From: Lingula anatina
Taxonomy: Eukaryota; Animalia; Brachiopoda
Assembly (NCBI GenBank): GCA_051362555.1
Contig: CM120644.1
Span: 4,658,954-4,722,953, forward strand
Length of the DNA stretch: 64,000 nucleotides
Reading direction: 5' to 3'
Shown here: positions 24,501 through 37,285 of the stretch, piece after piece
Layout: each line of letters starts with the position of its first letter
How positions within the stretch are numbered: the stretch's first letter is position 1
Made by a program: the position numbers and the translations under genes
Notes under the pieces: model-generated
Seen by the model: only the letters and a program-made list of their open reading frames with translations
Database searches by the model: none
Told to the model about the DNA's origin: nothing

Positions 24501-27500
24501 TTCAATTGGCAGCTGGAGGGCTCGCTGAAAAAAGCCTTGCTTAGAATGGTATATTTATTGAACTAGGGGCTTACTGACACAAACTTTGAAAACATGTGCA
24601 AATTATGCCCGCTTGTATCAAGCTAAATTCTAAATAACGGTGAGGCACCTTTGTTCGATGTGGTTTGTTGCGGTTATCCCGAGTTGTCAGAAAATAATCT
24701 TAAGAACAGTTGATCGTTGTAGGATTCTTACACCTTCTTGCTATCCATGGCAGGGCCGTAGCCTCCGGGGGGGCAGGGGGGGCAGCTGCCCCCCCTGGAA
24801 ATTGGGGTGCAAAAAAAAATGATCGCAAAGGTAAAAAAAATAATTGCAAAGTTGGTATCAATTCTGTGAGAAAAGGCACTCATGGCCACTAGACAATCAT
24901 TCAACAATCTGTTTACAAAGGTGTACTGTTTTTAGCCAACTCAGTTCATGCCAAAAAGCTCACCCTCCCTGAGGGAGCTATCCCTCAGGCCAATTGGCGT
25001 GTTGTGTTGAAAAAATGACTGTACTTATGGCAAAATGAACCCACAATTTCTAATTCTGATTGACCAATAAATAACATTTAAAATGCACCAGAATGCAGTA
25101 TTATACATACAGTTTTTAAAAATTTTCCACACCGTGGGAGGGGGGCACCCCCTTCCACACCCTCCCCCCTCGGGGGCTTCGCCCCCTCGTGTCCGCTTAC
25201 TGCCCCCCCTGGCATTTTGCTCAGGCTACGGCCCTGCATGGTCAGCTTAATGATGAATCTTCTAAAAGTTGAACTTATATATGGTATCTTCCAAAATCAA
25301 CCAATTATATTATAGGATAAAGCTCTGTTTGTGAAAATTGCCCATATCACCCTGTTAGTTTAGAGGGTTAAGCTGGGTCAACTCCGTGTCAAAATTCTTT
25401 AGAGCTTTGCAGGAAATATTTTTTTGTTTCTCTGGCTCCTTATAAAGCCCGTTGTCCAGATTTTATCTAGTGACCCCAGGTCTGCTGGAACTGCTCTTTG
25501 AAAATAACACAGGTAGATTTTTATCTGAGATAAATCTCGCCAGCGAGTGTGCATTCAACACACTTAAGACAAAGGCTACCTGAGAGTTGAAGGGCATTCA
25601 AACCTCCAATTAAGAGGCAAAGGAAGTTCCAGCTAGATGGACTATTAAGATAGGACTTCTGGAGGTAGCTACTATTGTTTATTTACCTCAATTCTGTGAA
25701 AGCAAACGGGACGGGGGGCGTCAGAACAATGGTGCGTATACGATTCATACAGAAGATTTGTACATTAGGTGACTCTAACTTGCAATCAAAGAGGATTTTC
25801 GATTATTTTTCGTGAAAAATACACTAAATTTATAGAGAATAATATCATGATTGGCTCAAAAAATTGTACGCACAGTGCATCCGTGCGTATGCCTAGTTAC
25901 GCCCATGGACAACTAACATAATGTTTGAGAGCCATCCCAGGCTTATGCTCCACACTGGCACACCAAGCACAATCGCACGCCCAGCAGACTGTCACACATA
26001 ACACAATTACCTCAAGGCCCCCAGTGCTGTCTTGGAACATCAGACTCATGGAGCCGTAATCCGTGTGTTCAGCACAACGTGTCAGGTCTGGCATCTTGTC
26101 TGAAAATTGAAACAAAATAACAAATAAAAGATGAAATGTTATTCTTGAAGAAATTGTAGAGGCGGGTTTGCCCGGTGGAAATTGCACGGGGGTAGTGTCC
26201 GGGATGGAATTGTCCCGATACACAAAATAACAAATTTGAGAAAAATGTGTATTCCATCTGGTTGCTGAAATTACCTAGAATATGTCACTTCCATAAAAAT
26301 AAAAAAGATAAACACGCTTTACCAGACAAAACCAACCAATTTTCCCTCCCCTTTGTTGTATATATATTGTGGTTAGAATTCCCTGATATAGGCCTACGGG
26401 TATTTAGTTGTGCCTTAAAACTTTGCAACCCCTACCCTTGGCAAAATCCTGGCGCCTTATTATACAAAGTGCCTTATTATAGTAAGAAAACAGACTTTCA
26501 AATCATTTTCCTTATCGCCTAGGGTTTATTACCTTTGAGGCAAACATCATTAAGATTATTTAACAAAGAATTTTTTGGTCGTACTATGTCTGGATATATT
26601 AAGTGCCAGTTTTTTTAAGCACCAGACAAGTGCGGCAAGGTGGGGGTTCACAGAATTTGACCTTATTGGGCTGAAATACTTGCCTGAGGACACTTTTAAC
26701 TTCTGCCAAATGTTATGCCATAAAACTGTATTTCAGGGGATTTATGCCCAATTTTCTGTTTTTCCAGCTTTCGAAGCAGATTTTCAGTTATCATACACGT
26801 CACTCATATATATGCTTATTATACTGTTATCTAGTAATATATTTACTATGTACATGTATGATGTATTCTGTTGATCAATATTCTTCCCCCCAAGACATTC
26901 AAACTAAAAATATAACCCACCTTGTCCACACTGTACCCACTTTTTTTACCCCACCCCCAAAACTAAGTTTACGCAAGGCGATTTTCAGAGGGTCATATAC
27001 CCACTAGTAGAGGTCCTATGGCTGTCAAACCTGTATGGGTTTGTAAAGGAACATTTAAAATATAAAGTACAAAGGAGATCCTCGTGGCCTTTTCTTTTGT
27101 TGGCGATATATTTTAATATTAAAATATCCGAAAATTGTAAAATTTGGATGGGTGTTGCTCTTGTCTTGGCCAGTAATACCTGCTCAGTTACTCTAATCAC
27201 GGCAGAATTTAACAAAAGACTTTACAAGAATAGGCAATTGCCCTATAACAGAGGCTACCTTTGGGATTTAAACCGTCATATTGATATTTTGATGACTTGT
27301 GATCGAAATTTATGTAGCTTTGGTCAAGACATAAACCCTTTTCAACCTGCTACTTGGCCTCAAGTTTTTACCCTTTGCTCAATAGCTTCCATCTCGATTG
27401 TACACCTGGGAATGGTATTCCCTGTAATACTATAGCTTACAAAATTAATTTAAAATATTTTTAGTCGAATAAATTTAATTATTCAGAAAATAAAACAACA

Positions 27501-28780
27501 AACAACCCACATTTTTCTTACATTTAACCATATAAAGAAAACTGTATTCTTTTAACATTTCTTTGATCAACTACTTCAACAATTATTGGACACAAGTGGG
27601 CACCAATCACACACACAGCTTTTAATCAATCAACAATGTTTCATAATGCATAATCATCTCTTTATTGTATCTTTAAAGTTTGGGTATAAATAAGCAAATT
27701 ATTTGGAAGTGTAGCAAACAATTCAAATCTTCAAACTGGAAAATACTTATTACCAATAACTAAATAAATGGGTGGAAGACATTGTAACTGCCATTCAAGA
27801 CTACTCCTGTCACCCTTAACTGAATAAGACACCGACAAAGTTTTGACTCAAGATTTAAGTGAATGTTTCAAAAAAAAAAGTACACTTGATTTTCATTCTA
27901 CAAAAACATCAAAGTAATGCAAATCTATATTATCCAACTGAATCCCCTTCCTGAGAAGAATGAAGAAATAAATTGAACTTATGTAATGGTGTAATTCATG
28001 GATTATTTTGCACTACTCAGGACCAGGAACATATACTGCTGCTTTCAAATATATAAGTCAATTTGATCTTTTGCTCCAAGGAATAAAAATATGATAGTCA
28101 ATATCAATATCTCAGTAAGATCTTATCCCATTTAAAGGTGGCATTCACAGATATCTTCAGTAAAATGAAACAGAAAAAAGCAGACATGATCCTAGGTTTC
28201 AAAAAAAGAAAAAAAAAAGAAAAGAACTCCGAACATTTATCATGGGACTCAACACCTAAGCGTCCAGAGGTCCGAGACACCTTGAATTGAATTAAGAAAT
28301 GCGGAATTCCTTGTTTCTGGGGCAAAAATTCATGTCTGTAAAGCTCCTTGTAAAATGGTCATCGAAAAGTGTCAGTTTTCATCATTTAATGAAGCTCCCA
28401 TAAATGACTTTACTTCCTTATGGGGGATCTCCTTGCTAAATGCTTGGATCATTATGGCTGACATTAGCTATCTGTCAGGGCATTGGTGTCCTTCCACTGT
28501 AGATACAAATACTTGTTCAAAGTAGATATAAACATCAAAAATACATTTTAGTCTGTTGGGCAGTAAGTCAATCCTCTTCACAAAACTTCTTTTTCGGGTG
28601 CTTGGATTAATTACTTTATTTTCTTTGCCATATATCTGATTCCTGGCTGCTCTTTCTGTCCAGTCTCCAAACATCTAGCTAAAATAAGAACAAAATTTTA
28701 TTCTTAAATCTACTGAATGTTTATAATTTTCAACCAACAAAATTTGCCATGAAACCCCATTTTAGGCTACAACTAAGCTT

Positions 28781-28840
<60 letters not shown>

Positions 28841-31800
28841 CATGTAATTGTGATATGATTGTTACTCTTTTAATCACTAGCAATGATCTACAAAAGCAGT
28901 ATTATTTAGTTGTGAGGGTTCTGTAACTTGTTGCTCATACAAACAAAAAAGTTGACATTGCTAACATGTACAGTACAAAACATAAGCTCTATTCACTTTA
29001 TGTAATAACAAATTTGCTGTGGTTCTGAGGGTCAGAGATAGCAGTATTTAGATGATGACTTAGCTTCACTTGTTTAATTACTATGCATATTTAATTTAAA
29101 CAACACAGATATCATACCATTATCAACCTTCTGTCTGTATTCGGTGTGTTAATTAATTGTAAAGATGTGACGAATGTCACCTTTTTAATTACCTGGGCCC
29201 AACGCACTGGATATCTTGGCTTCGTCTTAATAAAAATTTGGATAACTGTGCATGAAAGCTCCCGCTTGGTCCGAGCAAGGAAAGTCCTACAATAATAACT
29301 TGGTCAGAAGAAGTAGTTGACGTGTTCTTGCAGCTCCCCAAAGGACCCACAGCATGTGACGATGCGCTGGACACACGACTGAGTCGAGCTCACTCTCCAT
29401 TTCCTCTGATGATGACACTGCCTCTCACTCTGCATGTAACTTTTAGCATCGGGAGGTGACCCCAATCATCTTAGTCGTATCTCCTGAGTATCGCACAACC
29501 TTTCCGCCTTTGTAACGGTCTACAGAACAACAAAGTATGCGCTCTGCTGCTTGAAATTCAGAAAATCTGCAGTGCATTCATCGCACGTCTTCCACCACTG
29601 CTACTTGAAACTGTCATGGCCGCCTACACGAATTTAGTTTCGAACGCATGTTTACCCCCGTATTTGAACTTAGCATACACTTAATATCCAGGAATCAATA
29701 AATAAAAACTACAGAAGACGATTTCAATTATTTAGTCCCTAACTAAGGTTGAAATTAACTTAAACAGTCTTGTATGCAAATCAAAACTGTGGGAAGCAAA
29801 CATGTTTTACGATAATGTAGCCAGAAAATAGAAGAATTTGCGTCGCTGTAGCAAAATTTGTAGGGAAAAGGCCACGCCAGTGTTTTAATTTATGGTAGGC
29901 CCCTTGTCCATATTTTCAGTAAATATCAGTGATATTATCTAAGGTGCTCTACTAGTGGAGATATAAGGCTATTGACAGGGTGGGTATCTGCGGCAGTCAT
30001 CAAGTGACCTCAAATAACCTCGGTAGTTTGTAACCATAGCAACAGATTAATGATATAAATCTCTGTCGTTATAAAGATTATATATCCATCTTTCAATTTT
30101 GGTATTGACCGAAGTAATGTATTGATCACTTGGTGCACATTTGTGAAGGAAACTTCGGTGAAAAATACACTACTCACACAGCTGAAAAGTGAGACGGGAG
30201 CCACGCTAGGCAGTGAAATATGCAAGTGGCTGTATCTCGCCAATAACGCAACGGAAAGCTTTAATATTTTACAGTTTAATTAAGGTCACAAAGGTGATTA
30301 ACTGTGGGCAAAATGAGTGTATTCTGTGAGAACCCCACCTTGCCGCTTTTTGGCTGATTTGCTTGGTGGTTAGAAAAACTTGCACTTAACACTTGTTACA
30401 CATGTACAAATGGGGCGCTTACTGCTGGATATGCAGGCATTAGTTACCAGAGCGTGCAGTAAAACCATTTTATACATGTGCTCCCACACAAGCCATTGTT
30501 CGGATGCAGTTCTGCTCTGGTGAATCCTCTGGCACACAATATACTATTTCGTCTTTTCGGAGCCTGTGGTTCGGACTTACTAACCGTACTAAAGTTGTCC
30601 ACAGGCAGAAATAAAATCACACAAAAAGTCCCCCACCCTGCAGACAATAAAGCTAAGCAGGGTCTCAAACTCTGCATTCCAAACAAGTTGTTACACTACC
30701 TTCTTTTTCAGTGAAAGGCGGATAGGTCAAAAGTCTTAACATGGTGGTGCTGTTGTCACGCCAGTTGGCAAGATTTGTATGGCACGCAAGCAGCTCATTT
30801 TGATCCTGAAAAAATAACGCAATACATGTACTACATAATAAAACTCAAAATTTCGCTATTTCTCTCTCTCTCCCTCTCTCTCTCTCTCTCTTAGACTCAC
30901 ACACATACACTTGCACATACGCGCACACCTTGCATTCATAAAATAACATATACAATAATTTTTAAAAACTGTTGTTAATGTATCTTGAAGAAATGGCAAT
31001 AACTGCGATTACTGTTCATCAAAATGCTGTTTATTTATTAATTCATTTAGTGTGAGACATATATTAATTTAAATTGTGAATACCCTAGGTTGTATACATG
31101 ACTCCCATATGCCATCCTCCGTAAATAAAAATCTCCGCTTTTGAATAGATAAAAACGTTTGACCTTAAAATTATCTTTAAAAAATGCCAGGTGTGTGCAA
31201 CTAAACCAGCAGTCCAAAATATTCTTCCTTGTCATAACTGACATATTTGTTTGTGCAGAATGATAGTGTGATTCGAGTGATTTCACCAACCAAATTAGAA
31301 AGGCCCATCTCAAAAAGACACACCTCAACATTCCATATGTTCACGTGATTACTGTAGGTAGCTAAGGTAAGAACTTACACCTCGAAGCAAGTGGGTCAAA
31401 ATTTTCAGACCAGAATTTAGCATATTTTAGTTCAAGATAAGCCTAGAAAGTCGACCAGTTAAGACAATTATCGGAAATACAAACCATCTCCTGCTTGTTA
31501 TGAAAAGGTATTTCATATAACTGTGCTGTACTACTGGTTTTCGTGGTTCAAAGCAAAGCTAATTTTTTCTTTTTCTAAATGGCTTTTTGATAAACACGAT
31601 TGCTTGCTATAGCAGTATAAGAGAGACTAGTACGAAGGGAGGGTTCTCAAACACGCATGGCTTCCTGTACATCATGGATTTTACCGTTCATGATAAACCG
31701 TGGTCGGGGACTTGGATGAAATGCGGCACCCGGATTATCGAGTCATCTAGCTAGAAACGTTCCGAGCCGGCCAGTCGATGAAAGCCAACGAACTTGAATT

Positions 31801-34099
31801 GATTCAGTAGCCTTTTCCGGTAAAACAGCACGTCATACCACCCGTTAACCGTGTTCAGCAGAAAAATGAAATCTTCTCGGTAGAATTATTTGCAAAATAT
31901 GTTTTATTCAACTATTCCATCGTTGCAATTGCTTATATGGAAATCGCATCAGTTACTAGACATTAAAATGTTTTTTTCCCCTCTCTTCTTAGGGTCTCGC
32001 TAAAACTAAAATACGCCTGTTGTGAGTGAACCGCCTTTGATCCCATTGTACTCTTTAATATCATGGGTAAAGCCAAAGTTAATCTTAGGCCACACTTTTT
32101 TTATTTTTATGGATGACATCCTGCGCGCGCACCGATTTTCGCCCGTTCTCCAAAAAAAAAAAAAAAAAAAAAAAATCCCCCCCCCCCAGCCCCCAACGAT
32201 GTCGGTTGTCGCAAACGTCGTTATTGAATTTGCCAGGAAATGAGCTTTCTGCGCATGCGTATTATCGCCACGTGGAAATGTGGCCGATTTGCCGTCAAAT
32301 TCATTTCTAGGATTACTTTCAAATTACACGACAATTAAAGTCATAAAGAGAACGGGTGCCTTCGTTTTGGATTGGTATGTCATTGATATCGGGCATGGAG
32401 ATATCACCTTTTTACAATTGTGCGAAAGGCTGGCGGCCGCCAGCGATTATCGCCCGAAAAATTTCAGTGACATTCTGTACAAAGCAGCACATAGGCTACC
32501 AGGTTTTCTGTAGAGAAAAAAGGGTGAACAAGGACGTCGAGGTATTTGGTGGGCTGAAGGTCGGACAGGCCACCTGACAGTTTGGCCGTGTGAGTCGAAG
32601 TAGACAAAATGGCATCGTCCGAAATGACCTTTAATAGATTTGGTAGTATTAAGCATATCTTTACATCATTTTTTAAACATTTCTGTGAAGTGTCCAAAAT
32701 GCTTTAATATTCTGAGAATACAAATAAAGACACACTGTTTGTTTGATATTTGTTTTATTGATTGCTATACCAACAAAATGCATGAAATAACCTTAATAGA
32801 TTTTGTAATAAGAAGTATATCTATTCATGACTTTTTTTTACATTTCTACGAAGTATTCACAATGCTTTAATATTTTGAGAGCATGGATAAAGACATATTG
32901 TTAGTTTGATACGTGTTTCTGTTGTAAAATTTGTGTTTCCAGCTGTGTACTGACAGCATTCCTTTACTTAAGCAGTATTTTTTTTTTTTTTTTTTTTTTT
33001 GGAGTTTTTTTTTTTCGCCCTCTCGCACCGATTTTGGGGTACCCAGAATATGTCATCCATAAAAATAAAAAAGTGTGGCCTTAGTTTAAAACAAACTCCC
33101 AGTTCCGTGTCGGGTTCTCAAACACGCATGGCTTCCTGTACATCATGGATTTTACCTTTCATGATAAACCGTGGTCGGGGACTGGGGTTGCGTGGGATGA
33201 AATGCGGCACCCGGATATTCGATTGGGAAAGCAGATATACACATGTACATCCAACCTGGCCCTGTCCGTGGCAAGGTTAAAAGTTTCCATCCGATCATTG
33301 TATGCCAACGAAGCTCACGTGGCTCCGTGGTAACTTTGCTGTCTCGTAAGCAGACGGACATTTGTACGCTGGTTCGAGACCCAGCAAATATAATTTTTTT
33401 TTTCAGAATTAAATCTTAAAAATTTCGATTGGTTACTATAAGAGGAAACTCGTACGTAGGGAGGGTTGCCGGGTCTTTCACGGCGCAGTCGGTAGTGTGC
33501 TTGAATGCAAATAAGATACCCAAAGCGCCTTCAACCATGGCAAAGCAAAGTCACGAGTTCGAATCCCGGATGAGGCACCTGGGGTTGCGCGGGATGAAAT
33601 GCGGAACCTGGATTGGGAAAGCGATATACGCATGTGCGGATGAAACACATTTAAAGACCTGACAAGATGGTAAAGGTTTGGACGACCTACTGATACATGG
33701 AACGCAAATGAAAACACAACTGACGCCTTCTTTCTATATATTAAAGCCTGGCCAGTGCAACTTTGAACTCAATCTCGATCTGTATTCTGGTGAATTTTTC
33801 ACAAAAGCCTGTCCTATTTTTTCTAGTTTTGTTGACAGAATGAATATATATTTGCACAGTATATCCGTTACCTCCAGTCCAAGTCCCATCCCAATCAGTT
33901 TCAGCATTCGAAGGCTCAGTTTGGCACAAGTTCTGTGGAACTCCACGACATCCTGCTCAAAGTTTGGAATACTTGGCCATAGCTAAAATGAAACCCAACC
34001 AATATCGTTTTTGGTCATGTCGTTTGGACATGTGAATGACAAACTGTGTCTAGGTAAGGGGAAATTGCAGAATTTGCCAGGAAGATAACGCGCGCGCGC

Positions 34100-34130
<31 letters not shown>

Positions 34131-37100
34131 GGAACGTGTATGTGCATGCTCCACATGTGTATGTGTGCTTATACACGCACTGGTAATACTAAGAATTTCA
34201 ACTTAACTTGGTTCCTCATAAACATGTACCAATATTTTGTTATTCAATTTTTTACATCTGGCTGGCACTTTAAATCTTTATTTCTGAATCTGGCCATTTA
34301 TATTGTGTATTGTTAGAATGCGCTAAATGCATTGTTTAGTGTCTTACCCTGAAATGCGTTTTATTTCATCCAACGGGTACAATTTATTATATTTTTGCCT
34401 TTGTTGGTTTGCTAACTCTACAGCCTAACTCAAACAGTTATGAGTGGATTTCAATAAATACTCAGGATTAACTCAGAACCAGTTGAATATTGGTTGTGAT
34501 CCATCAATTAATTATTTAGTAATCATGAGAACTGGGCCGCTTTAGCAGATTAATGCACTCTTTGAGGTGTTACCTGTTTGTAGGAACTTCCTATGATAAC
34601 ATCAAAGGACTCCCTCAAGACAGCAGGTTTGCCAGACACAAAGCTGAAAGAAAAAAAACACTAATATCTATATGGGTATATATTAAGGGTAGATGCTTGA
34701 TTTAAACATTTAGTATCATGAAAATATCAAATTACAGATTTAGAAAAAATGTGCCTCGGAAGTGAGAGTAACACGTGTATATCCTACATCACTTACTGTT
34801 CTCTTCCACCAGGAATGTAACCAATGCCAACTGCCTCAGATACGGGACGAATTAACTTGTCCTTGGTCTCTTGTGGTTGTGCAAAAAAATCATCAGCCAA
34901 TCTAAATATATTGTCAATCTGAAAATACACAGAATTAATAACCTTATATATCTAAATTGAACTATTTCTACCATCCCATGTGAAAATTATTTCTAATATT
35001 TGACAATAACTCTATTAGGTATATATATTGTCTTCTACTGGGTTAAGTATAAGCATCTAACCCAACACAACTTTAATTTGAAAACAAAATTTTCCCTTAA
35101 TATGAATTTTTTGCATTTTGCTTCAGGGGGGTTCAACTCCCAAGATGGAAGTACGTTGAATGTCTTGATAATTTAACTTCTCTACGCGCAGTGCACTTAA
35201 AGCGATATGCGTACCGAGTAACCACATATTTTGGCTTTCTTCGTCCCAAATGACCGCATGAAACATGGCACCGGTGCTGACCTTTATAAAGCCTTGGTTT
35301 CATTGTGCATCGGACTGTCAACTATTTGATATTGTACACTGAGGCCAGACAATTTTATCTCGCAGCCGTACTCCTTTTACTTTTCACGAGGGAATTGCTC
35401 GTATATATATATATATCTAATCCGTTGGTCTCCGGACCTTTCAGTGATTTCATGGATGCCCTTTGCACCACTGCGCGATCTTTTCAGTTCACCATCTTGC
35501 CATCATTACCATCGGTCTCGATTTTCTTGTGACGGGCACGATGAAGTCCAATGGGTTTGTAAGCTCCATAGCTCCCTTTTCATGAAATGGTCTAATGGTG
35601 TTTCACGGTTTCCCGGCTTGTTTTCTTCTCTTGCACTAAGTATCATGTTTCCCAACATGCTTCTTGACTGTAATTTTAAATCCTTTTCTTTCATACATGC
35701 CACTTTTATCTTTAAAACACTCACACTACACTAAAAGGTGATGCACCTTTTGGACCTTTGCTGAATTAACAAGTGCAGTGACGCATTTTAATTTGATCTC
35801 AAAGCTAAATTCTTAATTTATTTATTTATTGTATTATTTTATTATTTTACTCTGTATATTGCTCCAATGGAAAATGATTTCCGATTTTTATAATTGGCTA
35901 AATAAACTCTTATCTTATCTTATTCGAATTATTTAGATCATGAGACATTTGTGTGCGATTATAGGTGTGTCAAACCACCTTTTTTTCTTTTCTTTCTTTC
36001 CTTTGGACTTGGCAGCTGTTGAAAGTCACTTGGTGACCAAAAACGCATCCGACAACCGGTCCATCCCCTAATTAATTAATTACTGCCGATTCCACGACAC
36101 AAGGCGAGACACCACATCCTATTTCATTATCAACCTACAGTCGTCTTGGTCCACCTGAACCTTCAACAAGAAGGATTCCTGATACCTCTCAAGGCAAGCA
36201 GCCCCAGTAGCTAGCCCTCGTTCATTTATCCATGTATCTTCTGCATTGAATCAAGGGCGCGGTCAAAACATGTACGTCTTCATCATTTTTTTAATAAAGT
36301 GGATTTTAGCAAGGGTATGAACCGTGACAGAGTCCCCTTATTTGTTCAGGTACACAGAGTCGCCTTAGATTTTGACCCACTTACATCTTGGTCAGGCTAA
36401 TTCTAACCCCTATAACTATATGGAGGGCAAACTTTCTGTTGCACGGACCCTCCCTTTCGTTACACCGGTGCCGCCTCAACACATTCTTCTACAACTCCTT
36501 GGTCCAGCTTGGCCTAGGACTTATTTCAGATGGCCGGCTGTGTGATTAAACCCAAACTTACCATTATCCTTCTGTGTGAGCTGAACCGCCGTGTTTTGAC
36601 CACCAAAAGTAAGCTAAAACATGCTCAAACATTTTTTTTTTTTTTGGGGGGGGGTGATGAAAAATTGGATACGGTGTACAATAGGTTGGTTATGTTTTTT
36701 GTTTGAATGTCTTGGGAGGAAGAGCATTGATTAACAAAATACATCATATTGGTACATTGTAAATATATAATTAGATAAGGGGGGATAAATATTATACTAT
36801 ATATACTATATATATGTATATATGAATTGCATGTCTGCTGACTGAAAGTCTGCTTAGAAAGCTGAAAAAATCGAAAATTGGGCATAAATCCCATGGAATA
36901 TGGTGTTGAGGCCTAACATTTGGCAGAAGTTTAAACGGTCCCCCGGCAAGTATTTCAGCCCAATAAGGTCGAATTCTGTAAACCTTCACCTTGCCGCACT
37001 TGTCTGGTGCTTAGAAAAAAACTGGCACTTAACTGTAATACAGTAAAACAGTAGTGTTAAAATGCATTAAATTTCGTGATATATGTAATTACTGACCTGG

Positions 37101-37285
37101 TCTTGGGGAATTCCGTGATTTTTGATGTATACAAAACCTATGGTGCTGAAGGCTTTGAACACATCATTTGCCACTTTTTCCAGATCTTTTCTGTCGACTT
37201 CATTTTCTTCTTTTGTGATATCAAACACCTTAAGATCGATGATTGGTATCCAGCTGAGGTCGCCGTGGCCTTGATCCGTCGTCAT
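21550..37285 (-). CDS. 2-oxoglutarate/Fe(II)-dependent oxygenase (DIOX_N + 2OG-FeII_Oxy, isopenicillin N synthase-like), 320 aa, 8 exons
   Basis: Exons 37285-37097, 34918-34797, 34643-34574, 33982-33872, 30805-30700, 26099-26011, 22690-22580, 21714-21550 join in phase (963 nt). Motifs IPIIDL, GFVYIKNHGI, LRLLTYPP, EHTDYG (HxD), GGLEV, LHRV (distal His), RRSLVYF (RxS). Confidence 0.92.
22365..22550. mobile_element. Short foldback/MITE-like element in the last oxygenase intron; related copy at ~38075-38310
   Basis: Imperfect inverted arms gatcgatctatccccctggggtgtctcactagtttggtgtcagc vs revcomp gatcgacctaactccctgggggttcacgctaaattgctgtcaac. Similar aatttagcg...gatc..tagatcgatcta end at ~38250-38300. 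Confidence 0.45.
23488..24115 (+). repeat. Minisatellite (~53/83-bp alternating units starting AAAATTGCCTTCTCGTCTC) interrupted by a MITE
   Basis: Units at ~23488, 23571, 23624, 24049, 24103; the third unit is split at a TTAA by the MITE. Confidence 0.7.
23687..24023 (-). mobile_element. TTAA-target MITE, copy 2 (shorter, inverted relative to copy 1)
   Basis: TTAA at 23683-23686 and 24024-24027. TIR AGCAATAATAACTCTTC / GAAGAGTTATTATCCCT. Same palindrome at ~23828-23855. Both arms align with 6460-7080. Confidence 0.8.
24751..25236. mobile_element. MITE with CAGGG termini (hAT-like) and 5-bp TSD
   Basis: Perfect 14-bp TIR CAGGGCCGTAGCCT; CATGG duplicated at 24746-24750 and 25237-25241; G/C-run subterminal repeats. 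Confidence 0.8.
26603..30385 (-). mobile_element. Decayed TTAA-target DNA transposon, Sola3-like, in oxygenase intron 5
   Basis: TTAA at 26599-26602 and 30386-30389. Imperfect ~60-bp TIRs GTGC.AGTTTTT..AA.CACCA...GCGGCAAGGTGGGG.T.TCACAGAAT. Minus-strand relic from 29577: MHCRFSEF...VVCPAHRHMLWVLW with in-frame stops; I recall a similar CPxHRxxLxxxW motif from Sola3-type transposase N-termini. Confidence 0.55.
32088..33080. mobile_element. MITE with GGCC termini and TTA TSD (PIF/Harbinger or Zator type)
   Basis: 31-bp perfect TIR GGCCACACTTTTTTATTTTTATGGATGACAT; TTA at 32085-32087 and 33081-33083. Confidence 0.85.
33313..33385 (+). pseudogene. tRNA-derived (Thr-CGT-like) pseudogene or SINE head
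   Basis: A-box-like TGGCTCCGTGG, anticodon-like arm CTGTCT-CGT-AAGCAG, T-arm GCTGG-TTCGAGAC-CCAGC; no proper acceptor stem. Confidence 0.35.
34089..34130. repeat. (CG)13(TG)8 alternating purine-pyrimidine tract
   Basis: Directly visible in oxygenase intron 3. Confidence 0.95.
36625..37028 (-). mobile_element. Terminal fragment of the same TTAA/GTGC transposon family as 26603-30385
   Basis: Reverse complement aligns with ~26603-26960 and ends at GCAC|TTAA (37029-37032). Rearranged copies lie next to the duplicated exons (~41780-42280, ~46720-47221). Confidence 0.75.

Noticed and set aside
28400-28676. Tyrosine-recombinase (Crypton) C-terminus
   Set aside because: Only vague resemblance with no catalytic residues in register; treated as decayed sequence inside the TTAA element.
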